In this document: one piece after another, positions 9,101 to 18,900 of the stretch
Numbering within the stretch: position 1 is the first letter of the stretch
How the letters are laid out: each line of letters begins with the position of its first letter
DNA from: a bacterium
GTDB taxonomy: Bacteria; Bacteroidota; Bacteroidia; CAILMK01; JACPUW01
Reading direction: 5' to 3'
DNA length: 64,000 nucleotides
Assembly (NCBI GenBank): GCA_016124515.1
Contig: WGNN01000081.1
Coordinates: 153 to 64,152 of the forward strand
The notes under the pieces: model-generated
The model's database searches: none
What the model saw: the letters and a program-made list of their open reading frames with translations, nothing else
Told to the model about the DNA's origin: nothing
Translations under genes and position numbers: made by a program

Positions 9101-12100
9101 CGTAAACCAATTTGGTGATAGAATCAATACCTGAACAGTTTTCCATAATCAGTTTTATGGTGTCCATTCCGGTGTTGCGTGGGGTGTATTCCAAGTGGAT
9201 TGAATCACTGGCAAATTTGCCGTTTACATACCAACGAGCACCCGCAAGTTTAGATGGTTTGTTGCTGTTGAGCATTACAACCGGGCTATTGAGCCATGCG
9301 GTGTCAGGAGTAAGGAAATTGGCAGTTGGCGGCAATGAAAGTTGTTTGAACTCATCGCAACCAATAGTGGGTGCAAAACTGCATCGTTTGTCTCCGTCAT
9401 AGTCGTCGGCCACACCAAGGTTGGCACCGTACATGCCGGGGAAATCTTTGGTTACATGCAAGTCTTTGGCGTTATTAACCCATTTAGGATCTTCTTCAAA
9501 ACTGTTTTGGTTATAGTTAGAGTTCCACGCTTTCAATCCACTAAGGTTTGAGATAATTGTACCTGAAATGGAGGCCAGATTACCACTTTTTATCACGTAA
9601 TCGTTGTTGTCGAACTGATCGAAAGTGGGGCTATAAGTATAAATAGCGTAGTAGGTACCTTCAAAATAGAAAATGTTGTTTCTAATGTCGTTGTCATGCA
9701 TGTAGTACCAATAGCACAGGTAAGAGCCTTTGCCGTACATAGAGTTGTGCCAGAAGTTGGTAAAGCCCATACGGTAGCCATACAATCCGTAAGACGTACC
9801 GGTGGAAATCATCATATTATTGGCATACATAGACTTGCCGCTGCCTGAGTGGTTGTAGTAGTTGGCATAGTACAAGGCATTGTAGTAGTAGGCATTGGTG
9901 TAGTTGCGTTGTACGTCAAAGTTTGACGCATAATAGAATGCAATACCATAGTTGTAGGTATATCTGAAATCAGAAATGTGGTTTTCGTGGATATACAAAC
10001 TGTCGGTGTAGTAGCCGTAGATACCATAGTAATACTGATGTGTAAAGGTGTTTCTAATGAATCGGTTACCAAGTGTTGGGTTTGAAGTACCATTACCATA
10101 CATACTTGCACCATAGTAACCACCTTCTATATCGTTGTCAATAAATTCGTTGTAATACCCATTTTTACCTTGTTGCGAATATGATGAGGCACTACCCGAA
10201 ATGGTGATTGCATTGGCACTTGAGGTGGAAAGACTTGTGTTGTTATAGATGTAACAGTTTTCAATACGGTTGTGGTCGGCATTGTTGGTTACACTCACCG
10301 TAAAGCCTGATGAACCGTCCATTCTGATTTTCATATTTTCAAAAGCAACATAGTCAGCACCGTTGAAGGTGATGGTATTGCCGCTTGTAGAGCGCAGGGT
10401 CACTGAGTCGCGACTTGGGCTGTAGAATGTCACGGTGTTTTTGCTTGAGCTACCGAGCAACTCGCCTATCTGAAGACTTTCATTGTAAGTACCTGCTTGC
10501 ACATAGTATGTGATAGGGCCGGCAACACCGCATTTAAGGTCTTTTATGGCAGCACCAAAACTTGGGTAATCGGCTCCCTTGCGGCTACCAATAGTGTAGG
10601 TACCTGTTAAACCTGAGCAAATGTCATAATCTTCCTGATCTTTTAAATCAGGATCGCCTGATACAGATTGGCTGATTTTGATAGACACTCTGAATTTACC
10701 TGAGCGGGTTGGTTTCCACATTTTGGTAAAGTCAAATTGCTGTATTTTACCGGGGGCAAGTGAAGAGATAGTCATGGTGTCTGTAACCCATGTTTTGCCA
10801 CTATCTACCGAGTATTGCACATAAACATCAGTTTTGGTGATGGTTTTGCTACCGGCATTTTTAAACTGTGCGGTAATTTGATTTTTTGTGAGATTTACTG
10901 ACAATGGGCTAACCAAAGCGTAAACATCTAAATCGTAAGGCGCTAGGTAGTATTCATTGGGTCCAATGTCAACTTTGCTGTCTTTTGGATTTGGTCGTGG
11001 ATTTCCATCAATGTCGGTAGTCAGGTCAGGCGCAGCTTTTGTTTTGTTAACCCCTGCATTGTTCAAGGCAGGTGTGTAAGTTCTTCTGTCGCTACCACTA
11101 AATTCCGGATCAGCGTATAAACTGTGTTGGTTGTACTTACTGCTGAATAAGCTTTGCAGTGCACTTAAACTATTTACCAAATAGCCATTGAAATAGGCAA
11201 AGTATGAGTTTGAATTATAGTAGTAGTCGTTGTAGTCCCAATACAATGGGGTATAAGACGAACCACCGAAATACACATACATGCCATAGCTGGCACCGTT
11301 ATTCACAAAAATGTTGTTTGCTACGCGGTGTTTAGACCTTCCATAGCAGTAGTAATACATGGCATAGTTGCCACTACCGGCCTCCATTGAATTGTGGTAC
11401 ATGGTTACGTAATTGGCATAATACACGTACAATGGATAGTAATAGCAGCCACCAAGCGAATTGTTGTGTATGCGCATGGTATCGCTACTTGTAATGGTAC
11501 CCGAGTAGTTGGCATAACGCAGGTAAAAACAGTAATAACCGGTGTTAACGGTGTTTCCAATGAGTTTTGAGCCGTTACTGTAGTATTGATACACACCATA
11601 ACCAATTCCGGTTTGGGCAGAGTCAATAGTACAGTTTCTGATTTCGAAACCTTGGCCGTAGTAGCTGTAGATTCCGTAGTAATAATGCATTAAAACGTGG
11701 CAGTTTTTAATAACATTATCTTTGTGTCGGGTAGATGAAGAACCATTGAAGTAAATACCATAGTAGTTACCATATACACGACAGTTGGCGAAGGTGTTGT
11801 AGTGAGAATAGTAAGAATACACACCATAAGAGGTGTAGGTATTAGCTACCCCCATGATCCTACAATTTTTGAAATTGTTGTGCTCAGAGTAGTACATGTA
11901 CACAATGTAGCGTGTACTTGTGTAGGTACTTTGAATGGTAACGTCCTTAAAAGTTACATAGTCGCAGTTGTAGAGGTAAATGGTTCTTGAACTGCTGTTG
12001 GTTATGATAACTTTTGAAGAGTCGCCACTTTGACCTTCGAAGGTGATGGTGTTGGTAGATGACGAGCCTGAGATGTACTTGCTAAGAGTAACCTGGCCCG

Positions 12101-12308
12101 AGTAGGTTCCATCGGCAATGGAAAATGTTACCGGTCCGCTAACCCCATTGGTCATGAGGTCTGATGCAGCAGCCGATACTGATGAGTAATCGTAGCCTGA
12201 CCCTGAACCAATGGTGTATTTTCCGGAAAGTCCTGCTGCCACGGCAGAATAGGCTCCGAAAAACACAAACATGGCTAAGAGCCAAAATTTAGTAAGGTGT
12301 TGTTTCAT
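6192..12308 (-). CDS. Giant T9SS cargo protein, paralogue 1 (2038 aa): two Tyr-rich beta-helix modules, CARDB, PKD units, CUB-like, GEVED, four DUF5011-type Ig units, T9SS type-A CTD
   Basis: Signal peptide MKQHLTKFWLLAMFVFFGAYSAVAA. Two beta-helix modules each open with G.YTIGS..DY.S...A..DL...GV.GP.T.....GTY, followed by ~20-aa Tyr-rich coils. The CARDB-like block is YDLDVYALVSP...FRVSIKI. The CUB-like block is CDIPSYTDGKFGTLYDNGG...GFAINWE (about 8394-8768). GEVED is YCKPT...HQFGEFEDYTVVI (about 7428-7850). Four repeats of P..[LI].[LM].G.......Y.[DE].G..A.D...GN follow. The CTD is VVYPNPSTGSFNV...YYLQIAHDDAQVVKQIVIAQ. Confidence 0.85.
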   Translation of the reverse strand: MKQHLTKFWLLAMFVFFGAYSAVAAGLSGKYTIGSGSGYDYSSVSAAASDLMTNGVSGPVTFSIADGTYSGQVTLSKYISGSSSTNTITFEGQSGDSSKVIITNSSSRTIYLYNCDYVTFKDVTIQSTYTSTRYIVYMYYSEHNNFKNCRIMGVANTYTSYGVYSYYSHYNTFANCRVYGNYYGIYFNGSSSTRHKDNVIKNCHVLMHYYYGIYSYYGQGFEIRNCTIDSAQTGIGYGVYQYYSNGSKLIGNTVNTGYYCFYLRYANYSGTITSSDTMRIHNNSLGGCYYYPLYVYYANYVTMYHNSMEAGSGNYAMYYYCYGRSKHRVANNIFVNNGASYGMYVYFGGSSYTPLYWDYNDYYYNSNSYFAYFNGYLVNSLSALQSLFSSKYNQHSLYADPEFSGSDRRTYTPALNNAGVNKTKAAPDLTTDIDGNPRPNPKDSKVDIGPNEYYLAPYDLDVYALVSPLSVNLTKNQITAQFKNAGSKTITKTDVYVQYSVDSGKTWVTDTMTISSLAPGKIQQFDFTKMWKPTRSGKFRVSIKISQSVSGDPDLKDQEDYDICSGLTGTYTIGSRKGADYPSFGAAIKDLKCGVAGPITYYVQAGTYNESLQIGELLGSSSKNTVTFYSPSRDSVTLRSTSGNTITFNGADYVAFENMKIRMDGSSGFTVSVTNNADHNRIENCYIYNNTSLSTSSANAITISGSASSYSQQGKNGYYNEFIDNDIEGGYYGASMYGNGTSNPTLGNRFIRNTFTHQYYYGIYGYYTDSLYIHENHISDFRYTYNYGIAFYYASNFDVQRNYTNAYYYNALYYANYYNHSGSGKSMYANNMMISTGTSYGLYGYRMGFTNFWHNSMYGKGSYLCYWYYMHDNDIRNNIFYFEGTYYAIYTYSPTFDQFDNNDYVIKSGNLASISGTIISNLSGLKAWNSNYNQNSFEEDPKWVNNAKDLHVTKDFPGMYGANLGVADDYDGDKRCSFAPTIGCDEFKQLSLPPTANFLTPDTAWLNSPVVMLNSNKPSKLAGARWYVNGKFASDSIHLEYTPRNTGMDTIKLIMENCSGIDSITKLVYVSRIIRAPKVDFSASSRDVYTGDVLSLLDLTENGATQWYWDISPKVVYVPFLLIWDRTYWFVSGTDSLSANPKLYFQYPGLYKVKLKAANPYGSDSLERTAYIKVRQRSKMCDIPSYTDGKFGTLYDNGGPDGSYSPNLNGLSKCTYLISSCYGEIDFDITQFDVGDGDYLKIYDGEDESGTPLWDAKKYPDGMNGNKNDNSVNLSFTAKSGSAYFVFTSDNSSSTLGKGFAINWEYTPVTWSAPTAAISAPDTVCLGFPTVLSNASTGNYSYVDWDLNGDGKMDASGDQVSYTFGTAGTDTIWLYAQSLCAPKDSTMKIVVVENAKKTAKPDFSASATVVSAGDTVTLTSTANYCASGTRWEITPANYFLMNNGKLSDEYIDVVFTRGGFYTVKVVKSNPAGDDSTTKVNYIQVLDYCKPTVISLDADVAISRVEFGNIDNASSVGKNGYNDFLYMSTTVERGHTYPLTVERKTNNKPMSRKVWIDWNIDGDFDDAGELVVYESADTTMKLTDSITVNPMAKAGKTRMRVAVNYKTLKNVACGPHQFGEFEDYTVVILKDDNTPPMLTLMGKITDSIPVNSTWTEPGYSAFDLVDSNLTSAVQVTSTLNEKMVGVYKITYTVSDKSGNTTSATRTIYVYDAVDPTISLKGDDTVYVQIYTHYTEFGVDAMDNYDTTMSVVTTNPVDTAMLGVYTVNYCTTDKSGNGPVCIDRTVIVMDTIAPMISLIGDDTVEVEVYSFYKDDGYNVVENDAYTEKTTGTWDGTADMLGMFTQVYTVTDNAGNMDSVVRYIKVVDTEAPLIKMKGNWIDTVARWSKYMDAGVEVSDNYYAVADLTVDTGGTFVNTQSEGAYTITYMAMDPSNNTSTVLTRLVIVMEDGTGIGEVPNDGFVVYPNPSTGSFNVATSLDNGASAQLRVLDLAGREIYNAGNFVVSNGKFIVDLSALSSGTYYLQIAHDDAQVVKQIVIAQ

Positions 12309-12375
12309 AATATAGTTGAGTTTAAATTTACGCTATTGGCAGCCCGAAATATCGAGCTAAATCATTGATTATTAT

Positions 12376-12612
12376 TTACATAAAAAATCTTCTCTCCATT
12401 TGGTTTAAATTGTTTGCAAATACTTTGTTTAAAGGGATTTTCCTGTTGTTTTCAAGCTCAGTATTGATGATTGCATCACCAAAACCAAAATAATTGTTCG
12501 ATATTTCAATTAGATATTCTCCACTTTCAACATCGTTTTTTGTGGATGTAACAAGCGGAGAAGCCAATACATGGCAATACTTCTTAAAGTAATTATCTGT
12601 TATTTCTCTCAT
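12376..12612 (-). CDS. Hypothetical small protein (78 aa) in the AT-rich spacer between giant paralogues 1 and 2
   Basis: An ORF only. It has the same orientation as the giant genes and no recognisable motif. Its low GC could also make it a chance ORF. Confidence 0.25.
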   Translation of the reverse strand: MREITDNYFKKYCHVLASPLVTSTKNDVESGEYLIEISNNYFGFGDAIINTELENNRKIPLNKVFANNLNQMERRFFM

Positions 12613-12889
12613 TCTTCAACTTAACAAAACCACGGATTTGGGCACCGCCGTTTGGTTAACAGATGCATAGATATTCAATTTAGTTGCAATCTCAAAGCCT
12701 TTTGAAAAAATCAAGGGCTGTATGCCACCTCGTCACCTTACACTAATCTGCTCGCTAATGTGCTTTCATCGAACGCTCCTTTGCATTCGTCCTACCAAAA
12801 TTTATTTCTAAAGATGTTAAAATTTAACATTTAATTCCCCTTGAAACTCGTCAAAATGGAGTGGTTGGGCTATGCCTGAACTGCCGGGG

Positions 12890-12927
12890 CAAAAAAAAGC
12901 CCCCGAACAAACAAATGCTCGGGGGCT
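12890..12927 (-). terminator. Rho-independent terminator of giant paralogue 2
   Basis: Stem AGCCCCCGA (12898-12906) / TCGGGGGCT (12919-12927). An A8 run on the plus strand gives a U-run on the minus-strand transcript, about 35 nt after the stop at 12961. Confidence 0.8.
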
Positions 12928-12960
12928 TCAATAAATTTATTGTGTTAGAGGCTATGCCAA

Positions 12961-15900
12961 TTATTTGGCAATCAAAATTTTCTCAATTGTCTGGCTGTTG
13001 TTGTTGGCCATTTGCAGGTAGTAAGTACCGTTGGCAAGGCTGCTCAGGTCAAGTTTAAACTGACCATTGCTCACCACAAAATTGCCAGCATTGTAGATTT
13101 CGCGTCCGGTAAGGTCAAGCACGCGCAGTTGCACCACTTGGCCATTGCCCAGGCTGGTTGCTACATTAAAGCCACCGTTGCTTGGGTTTGGATATACGAT
13201 AAATCCATTGCCTGCTACTTCGCTTATGCCTGTTCCATCTTCCATTACCACAACCAAACGGGTTACGGTAGCCGATACGTTGTTCGATGGATCAGTTGCT
13301 TCGTAGGTAATGGTAAATACACCTTCTGATTGGGCGTCTTTATAAGTTCCACCTTTTACTACGTTTACTTCGGCAGCTGAGTAGTAGTTGTCGCTTACGG
13401 TTACTCCGGCATCTGTATAGGTTTCATCCCAACGAGCTATTGTGTCAATGGCATTTCCGTTCAGCGTCAATACAGGTTCTTTGGTATCTACTACTTCTAT
13501 TTCGCGTGATACTGAGGCAGAGTTGCCTGCACGGTCCATTACGGTGTAAACCAAACGGTAAGTACCCAAGGTATCAGGAACACCATCCCAATTGCCGCTC
13601 ATTTTCACGGTGTATTGGTCGTTTTCTACCACATTGTATCCGGCATCGTTGTAGAAACTGAATACTTCCACTACTTCTTTGTCGTTGCCAATCAAAGAAA
13701 TCATTGGTTTGATGGTATCCTGTACAATCACCAATCGGCTTACGCACACTGGGCCATTGCCGCTTGCATCTGTTACACAGTAGGTTATGGTGTATTCGCC
13801 AAGGTTTGCTGTGTCAAGTGCGCTGTAGGTGTTGGGGCTCAGGCTCTTGTCGTAGTTGTCAGACTGGGTAGTACCGGCTTCGTTGTATCCGGTGTAAATC
13901 TGTACATACACGGTGTCGTCGCCAAGGAGTTTAATGTCAGGTGCAGTACCGTCGTAAACTACAATGGTTCGGGTTTCGGTAGCAGAGTTTCCGCTCTTGT
14001 CGGTGGCTACATAGGTAATGGTGTAGGTACCTGTGGTGGTAAGGTCAAGGGTATTGTTCACTGCCACAGTTGAGGTAATGTCGCCATCTACCAAGTCAAT
14101 TGCTTTGAAACCGGCATCTTTCCAGCTGGTGTTTACTTCTACTGAATCGTTGAGTGCGCCGTACAAAGTAAGTGCCGGTGGTGTAAGGTCTTTTTCAAGA
14201 ATGTTGATGGTGTAATCTTCAAACTCACCAAATTGATGTGGACCGCAGGCTACGTTTTTCAGGTTTTTGTAGTTCACTGATACACGCATTCTGGTTTTGC
14301 CCGGTTTGGCTGAAGGCGAAATAGTGATTGAATCTTTAAATACCTGATTGGTTGATGGAGCTTCGTAAAGTACCATTTCACCGGCATCGTCAAAGTCGCC
14401 GTCAATGTTCCAGTCAATCCATACGCGGCGGCTCATTTCCTTGTTGGTAGTGGCACGCTCTATGGTTATTTCGTAGCTGTAGCCACGCTCTACGTTGGTT
14501 GACAGGTTGGTGTAGTTGCTGTAACCTGATTTTCCTACTGAACTGCTGTTGTCAATAGAACCAAAGGCCACACGGCTTATTGCTACATCGGCATCAAGGT
14601 TTACTACAGTTGGTACGCAGTAATCCAATACTTGTATGTAGTTTACTTTGGTAGTAGAGTCAGCACCGGCTGGGTTGGTTTTCACCACTTTCACAGTGTA
14701 GAATCCACCTTTTGTGAATATTACATCTACAAATTCGTCGGTAAGGCTTGCATCGTCGGTAAGCAGGTAGTTGGCAGGAGTAATTTCCCAACGGGTACCT
14801 GATGCACAGTAGTTTGAAGTGCTGTTGATGCGCACGGTGTCGCCGGCTGATACTACAGTTTCGCTGGCAGTAAAGTCAGGTTTGGCTGCTTTTCTGGCAT
14901 TTTCAACTACCACTTTTTTCTCTACTGAGTCTTTTGGCGCGCACAAGCTAATGGCATGCAACCAGATAGAATAAGTACCAGGAGTGGTAAAGGTGTAGCT
15001 GAGTTGATCGCCTTCAGCATCCGGTTTTCCGTCGTTGTTCACATCCCACTCTACATAGCTGTAGTTGCCGCTTGATGCATTGCTGAATACGGATGGGAAA
15101 CCCACGCATACGGTATCAGGTGCAGAAATAGCAGCGGTTGGAGCGGTCCACGAAACTGGATTCATTTCCCAGTCAATGGCAAATCCTTTTCCTATTGTTG
15201 AGGTGTTGGCATCGCTTTCAAACACGAAGTAAACCGAGCCTGATTTTGCGGTGAATTGCAGGTTTACGCTTTTATCGGTTTTGTTGCCATTCATTCCTAA
15301 AGGATAGTTGTTGGCATCCCAAAGCGGACGTCCTGAGTCATCGGCGCCATCATATACTTGCAGGTAATCACCATCGGCCAGATCAAACTGCTGTACGGTC
15401 AAATCTACCTCGCCGTAGCATGAAGATATGAGGTAGGTACACTTGTTCAAGCCGTTGAGTCCTGCTGTATATCCACCAAACTCGCCGCCATTGTCGTACA
15501 AAGTACCAAACTTGCCATCGGTGTCGTAAGGTATATCGCACATGGTTGATTTCTGACGCACTTTAATGAAGGCGGTTTTTACCAATGAATCGGTACCAAA
15601 TACGTTGGCTACGGTCAGTTTTACCTGATAAATTCCAGGATAGCTGAAATAGATCCAAGGGTTGGCTACGGTTGAATCCTGCATGGTGTAAGTACGTGTC
15701 CAAATCAACAAGAACGGATCGTAAACCACTTTTGGAGTAATATCCCAGCTCCATTGAGTAGCACCATTGGCCGAAAGATCGAGCAGGGTAATCAAATCAT
15801 CAGTATAGATGTCGCGCGAGGTAGCTGAGAAATCAACTTTTGGTGCGCGGAGTATTGGGCTTACGTAAACCAGTTTGGTAATTGAATCCTTACCGGTACA

Positions 15901-18900
15901 GTTTTCCATAATAAGCTTAATGGTATCCATACCTGTGTTGCGTGGTGTGTATTCCAAGTGGATTGAATCACTCACAAATTTTCCGTTTACGAACCACATT
16001 GATGAAGCCACTCTTGATGGTTTGTTGGCATTGAGCAACACAGTTGGGCTGTTGAGCCATGCGGTATCAGGCACAAGGAAGTTGGCTGTTGGTGGCAATG
16101 CACTTTGTTTGAACTCGTCGCAACCCAGGGTTGGAGAGAACATACAACGCTTGTCTTGGTCCATATCAAGAGCCACACCTACATTCGCACCATACATTCC
16201 GGGGAATTTATTGGTCAAGTGCAGGTCGTTTTGTTTATCAACCCACTGTGGATCCAGATCATAGTTGTGCTGGTTGTAATTTGGATTCCAGGCAGCAAGT
16301 GCGCTTAGGTTTGAAAGTATTGTCGTACCACCGATAGACAAAATACTGCCGCTACCATTAATTACATAGTCGTTGTAATCCCACTCTACAAAGGTTGGGT
16401 TGTAAGTATAAATACAATAGGTTGAGCCTTCATAATAGAAAATGTTGTTTTTGATCACGTTGTCATGCATGTAGTACCAGTAAATAAGGTAACTGCCTTT
16501 TCCATACATAGAGTTATGTAAGAAATCCGTATAACCCATTTGATAACCATACATAGTATAGCTGGTGCTGGTACTTATTACAGTGTTGTTGATGAATTTT
16601 GAACGCGCTTTACCATTGTAGTTGTAGTAGTTGGCGTAGTACAAATAGGTGTAGCCACCACCATTAAAGTAGTTGCGCTCAATGTCGAAGTTTGAAGGGT
16701 AGTAAAAGTTCATTGGATACCCTGAAGTACTTCTTAGGTTCTTTGATACGTTATCAACAAACACCAAACTGTCAGAGTAGTAGATGTATCCACCGTAGTA
16801 GTAACCATCGGTAAAAGTATTGTTGTAGAACTTGTTACCTACCAATGGATCAGTTGAACTTGTACCAAAACAAGAAATAGTGAAGTAACCACCTTTGAAT
16901 TGGCAATCTCTAAACTCGTTGTAGTTACCATTATCACCATAACCTGAGTATGAAGTAGATGATGATGACATGGCAAGCGCTACTGATGCTGATGAAGTAG
17001 ATGTGATATCGGCCTGAATAACACAACCGGTAAACTTGTTGTAGTTGGCCGCATTGGTCATCCAAACAGCGAATCCTGAGCTGGCATCGGCTTCAATACG
17101 CATGTTTTCAAAACGCACGTAATCGGTACCAACCAAACCAAGGGTATAGCCATTGTTGTTTTGCAGGGTAACACTGTCGATACTTACTGCACGGAAAGTA
17201 ACCGTACGTTTTGGTGAAGCACCCAATATTTCGCCAATGGTAACCTGACCATTGTAAGTACCCGGACGAACGTTGAATACAATATTTCCTGAAACACCGC
17301 ATTTCAAGTCGTTGATAGCGCTTTTAAAGTCGGGATAGTCAGCTTTAGGGCCTTTACCAATGGTGTAGTTACCTGACAAGCCTGAGCAGATATCGTAGTC
17401 TTTTTGTTTGGTTCCAAAGGTTGATGAAACAATTTTGATTGAAACTCTGAACTTACCTGAACGGGTTGGTTTCCAGATTTTGGTGTAGTCAAATTGTACC
17501 ACCGCACCAGGGGCCAATGATTTGATGCTCAATGTATCGGTAATCCAGGTTTTACCACTGTCAACAGAATATTGTACCGTTACATCGGTGTTGGTAATGC
17601 TTTGGCTACCGGTGTTTTTAAATTGGGCGGTAATTTTATTCTTACCCAGATTTACTGATTGTGGTGATACAAGCGCGTAGATGCTCAAATCGTAAGGTGG
17701 CAGGTAGTAATCGTTACATCCTATATCCACTTTTGGAGCGTCTTTGGCAGCAGGTCGCACATTGCCGTCAAAATCGGTACGTATCAATGGGTAGTTCATG
17801 TGGGTACCCTTGTTGTTGAGGTTTGATGAATATGAGTGCAAGTCCACTTGATCCAACTCAAACTCAGGATCCACATTCAAGCTGTTTTGGTTGTATGACC
17901 TGTTGCCACTAATAAGCGACGAATAGGTGCTGTATGCCGTAGTACCAAATACACAGAAGTATGAACCGCCTTTAAGATAAAGGTTGTTGTAGTCCATTTT
18001 GGCAGGAGTTTGGTACATGTAGAAACCATAAGTACCACCTTCCATTTTTATATTGTTATTGAAAATTTCGCAGTAAAGCGGATAGTACCAATACATACCA
18101 TAAGATGAACCTTTCAGGTCAAATGAGTTGTGGTACCATTTGATGCGCTGACCATAAGCACCATAAATACCATAAGAGCTTCCACCCAGGTTGATGAACT
18201 GGTTGTTCATTACACGTCCGGTGTCGGTGCTTTTGGCACTTGTGTAGTTTTGGTAAGCCACATAGTGGTAGTAGTTGCACTTAAAGCGCGAATTGGTAAT
18301 GGTGTTGTTGTTTCCATAGTAAGAATATAAACCATACCCGGTTGAGTCAACATCTACTTTGTTGATGAGACCATCGCGTTGGTAGTAGTAGTACAGACCG
18401 TAAGAAGATGTGTTGTGAATTTGGGTATTCAATACGGTGTTTTGCTCACCGAATGATGAGCTGCTGTTGTAGAAATACAAACCGTAAGTACCACCTGTTA
18501 CATAGCAATCATCATAAGTAATGCGGTTGCTGTAGTAGTTGTAGGCTCCCATGTAAGTACCCAGCAATTTAGAATGCTTAATGCTACAATCGCTTGAGTA
18601 ATACATGTAGATGGTGTAGCTGCTTGAGTACGATGAAGTGATGGTAACGTACTCAAAGTTTACATACGCCGAACTGCTGAAGTACAGCGTGTAGGAGCTG
18701 GTGTTGGTGAGTTTTACCTTATCGGCATTTTTGGACTTGCCAATGAAGGTAATGGTGTTGGTAGAACTCGCTCCGGAGATTTTTCCAAATGATGCCTGAC
18801 CGGAGTAGGTACCATCTGCAATGGTGAAGGTAACCGGACCGCTCACACCTTGCGATGCCAGTGCTGATGCGGCGGAAACGACTGATGCGTAGTCGTAACC

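Noticed and set aside
9112-9402. Long antisense ORFs inside the giant genes that recur at equivalent positions in all three paralogues (9112-9402, 15875-16264, 22126-22425, with similar translations such as ...LLSHAVSG.RKLAVGG...CLNSS.P). Other 130-150-aa antisense ORFs are also present (6780-7232, 13615-14073, 19800-20210, 20241-20639).
   Set aside because: They lie in the codon-aligned antisense frame of strongly supported sense genes. That frame stays open whenever the sense strand avoids TTA/CTA/TCA codons. Their apparent conservation simply mirrors conservation of the sense paralogues. They have no start context, signal or motif of their own.
9812-10123. Same-strand alternative-frame ORFs with Thr/Pro/Met-rich translations inside the beta-helix regions (e.g. 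9812-10123, 9593-9781, 11405-11626).
   Set aside because: They are a by-product of the Tyr/Asn/Gly-rich codon repeats (TAC/TAT/AAC) of the real frame. The translations are low-complexity, and they fully overlap a 2038-aa ORF that has clear domain content.
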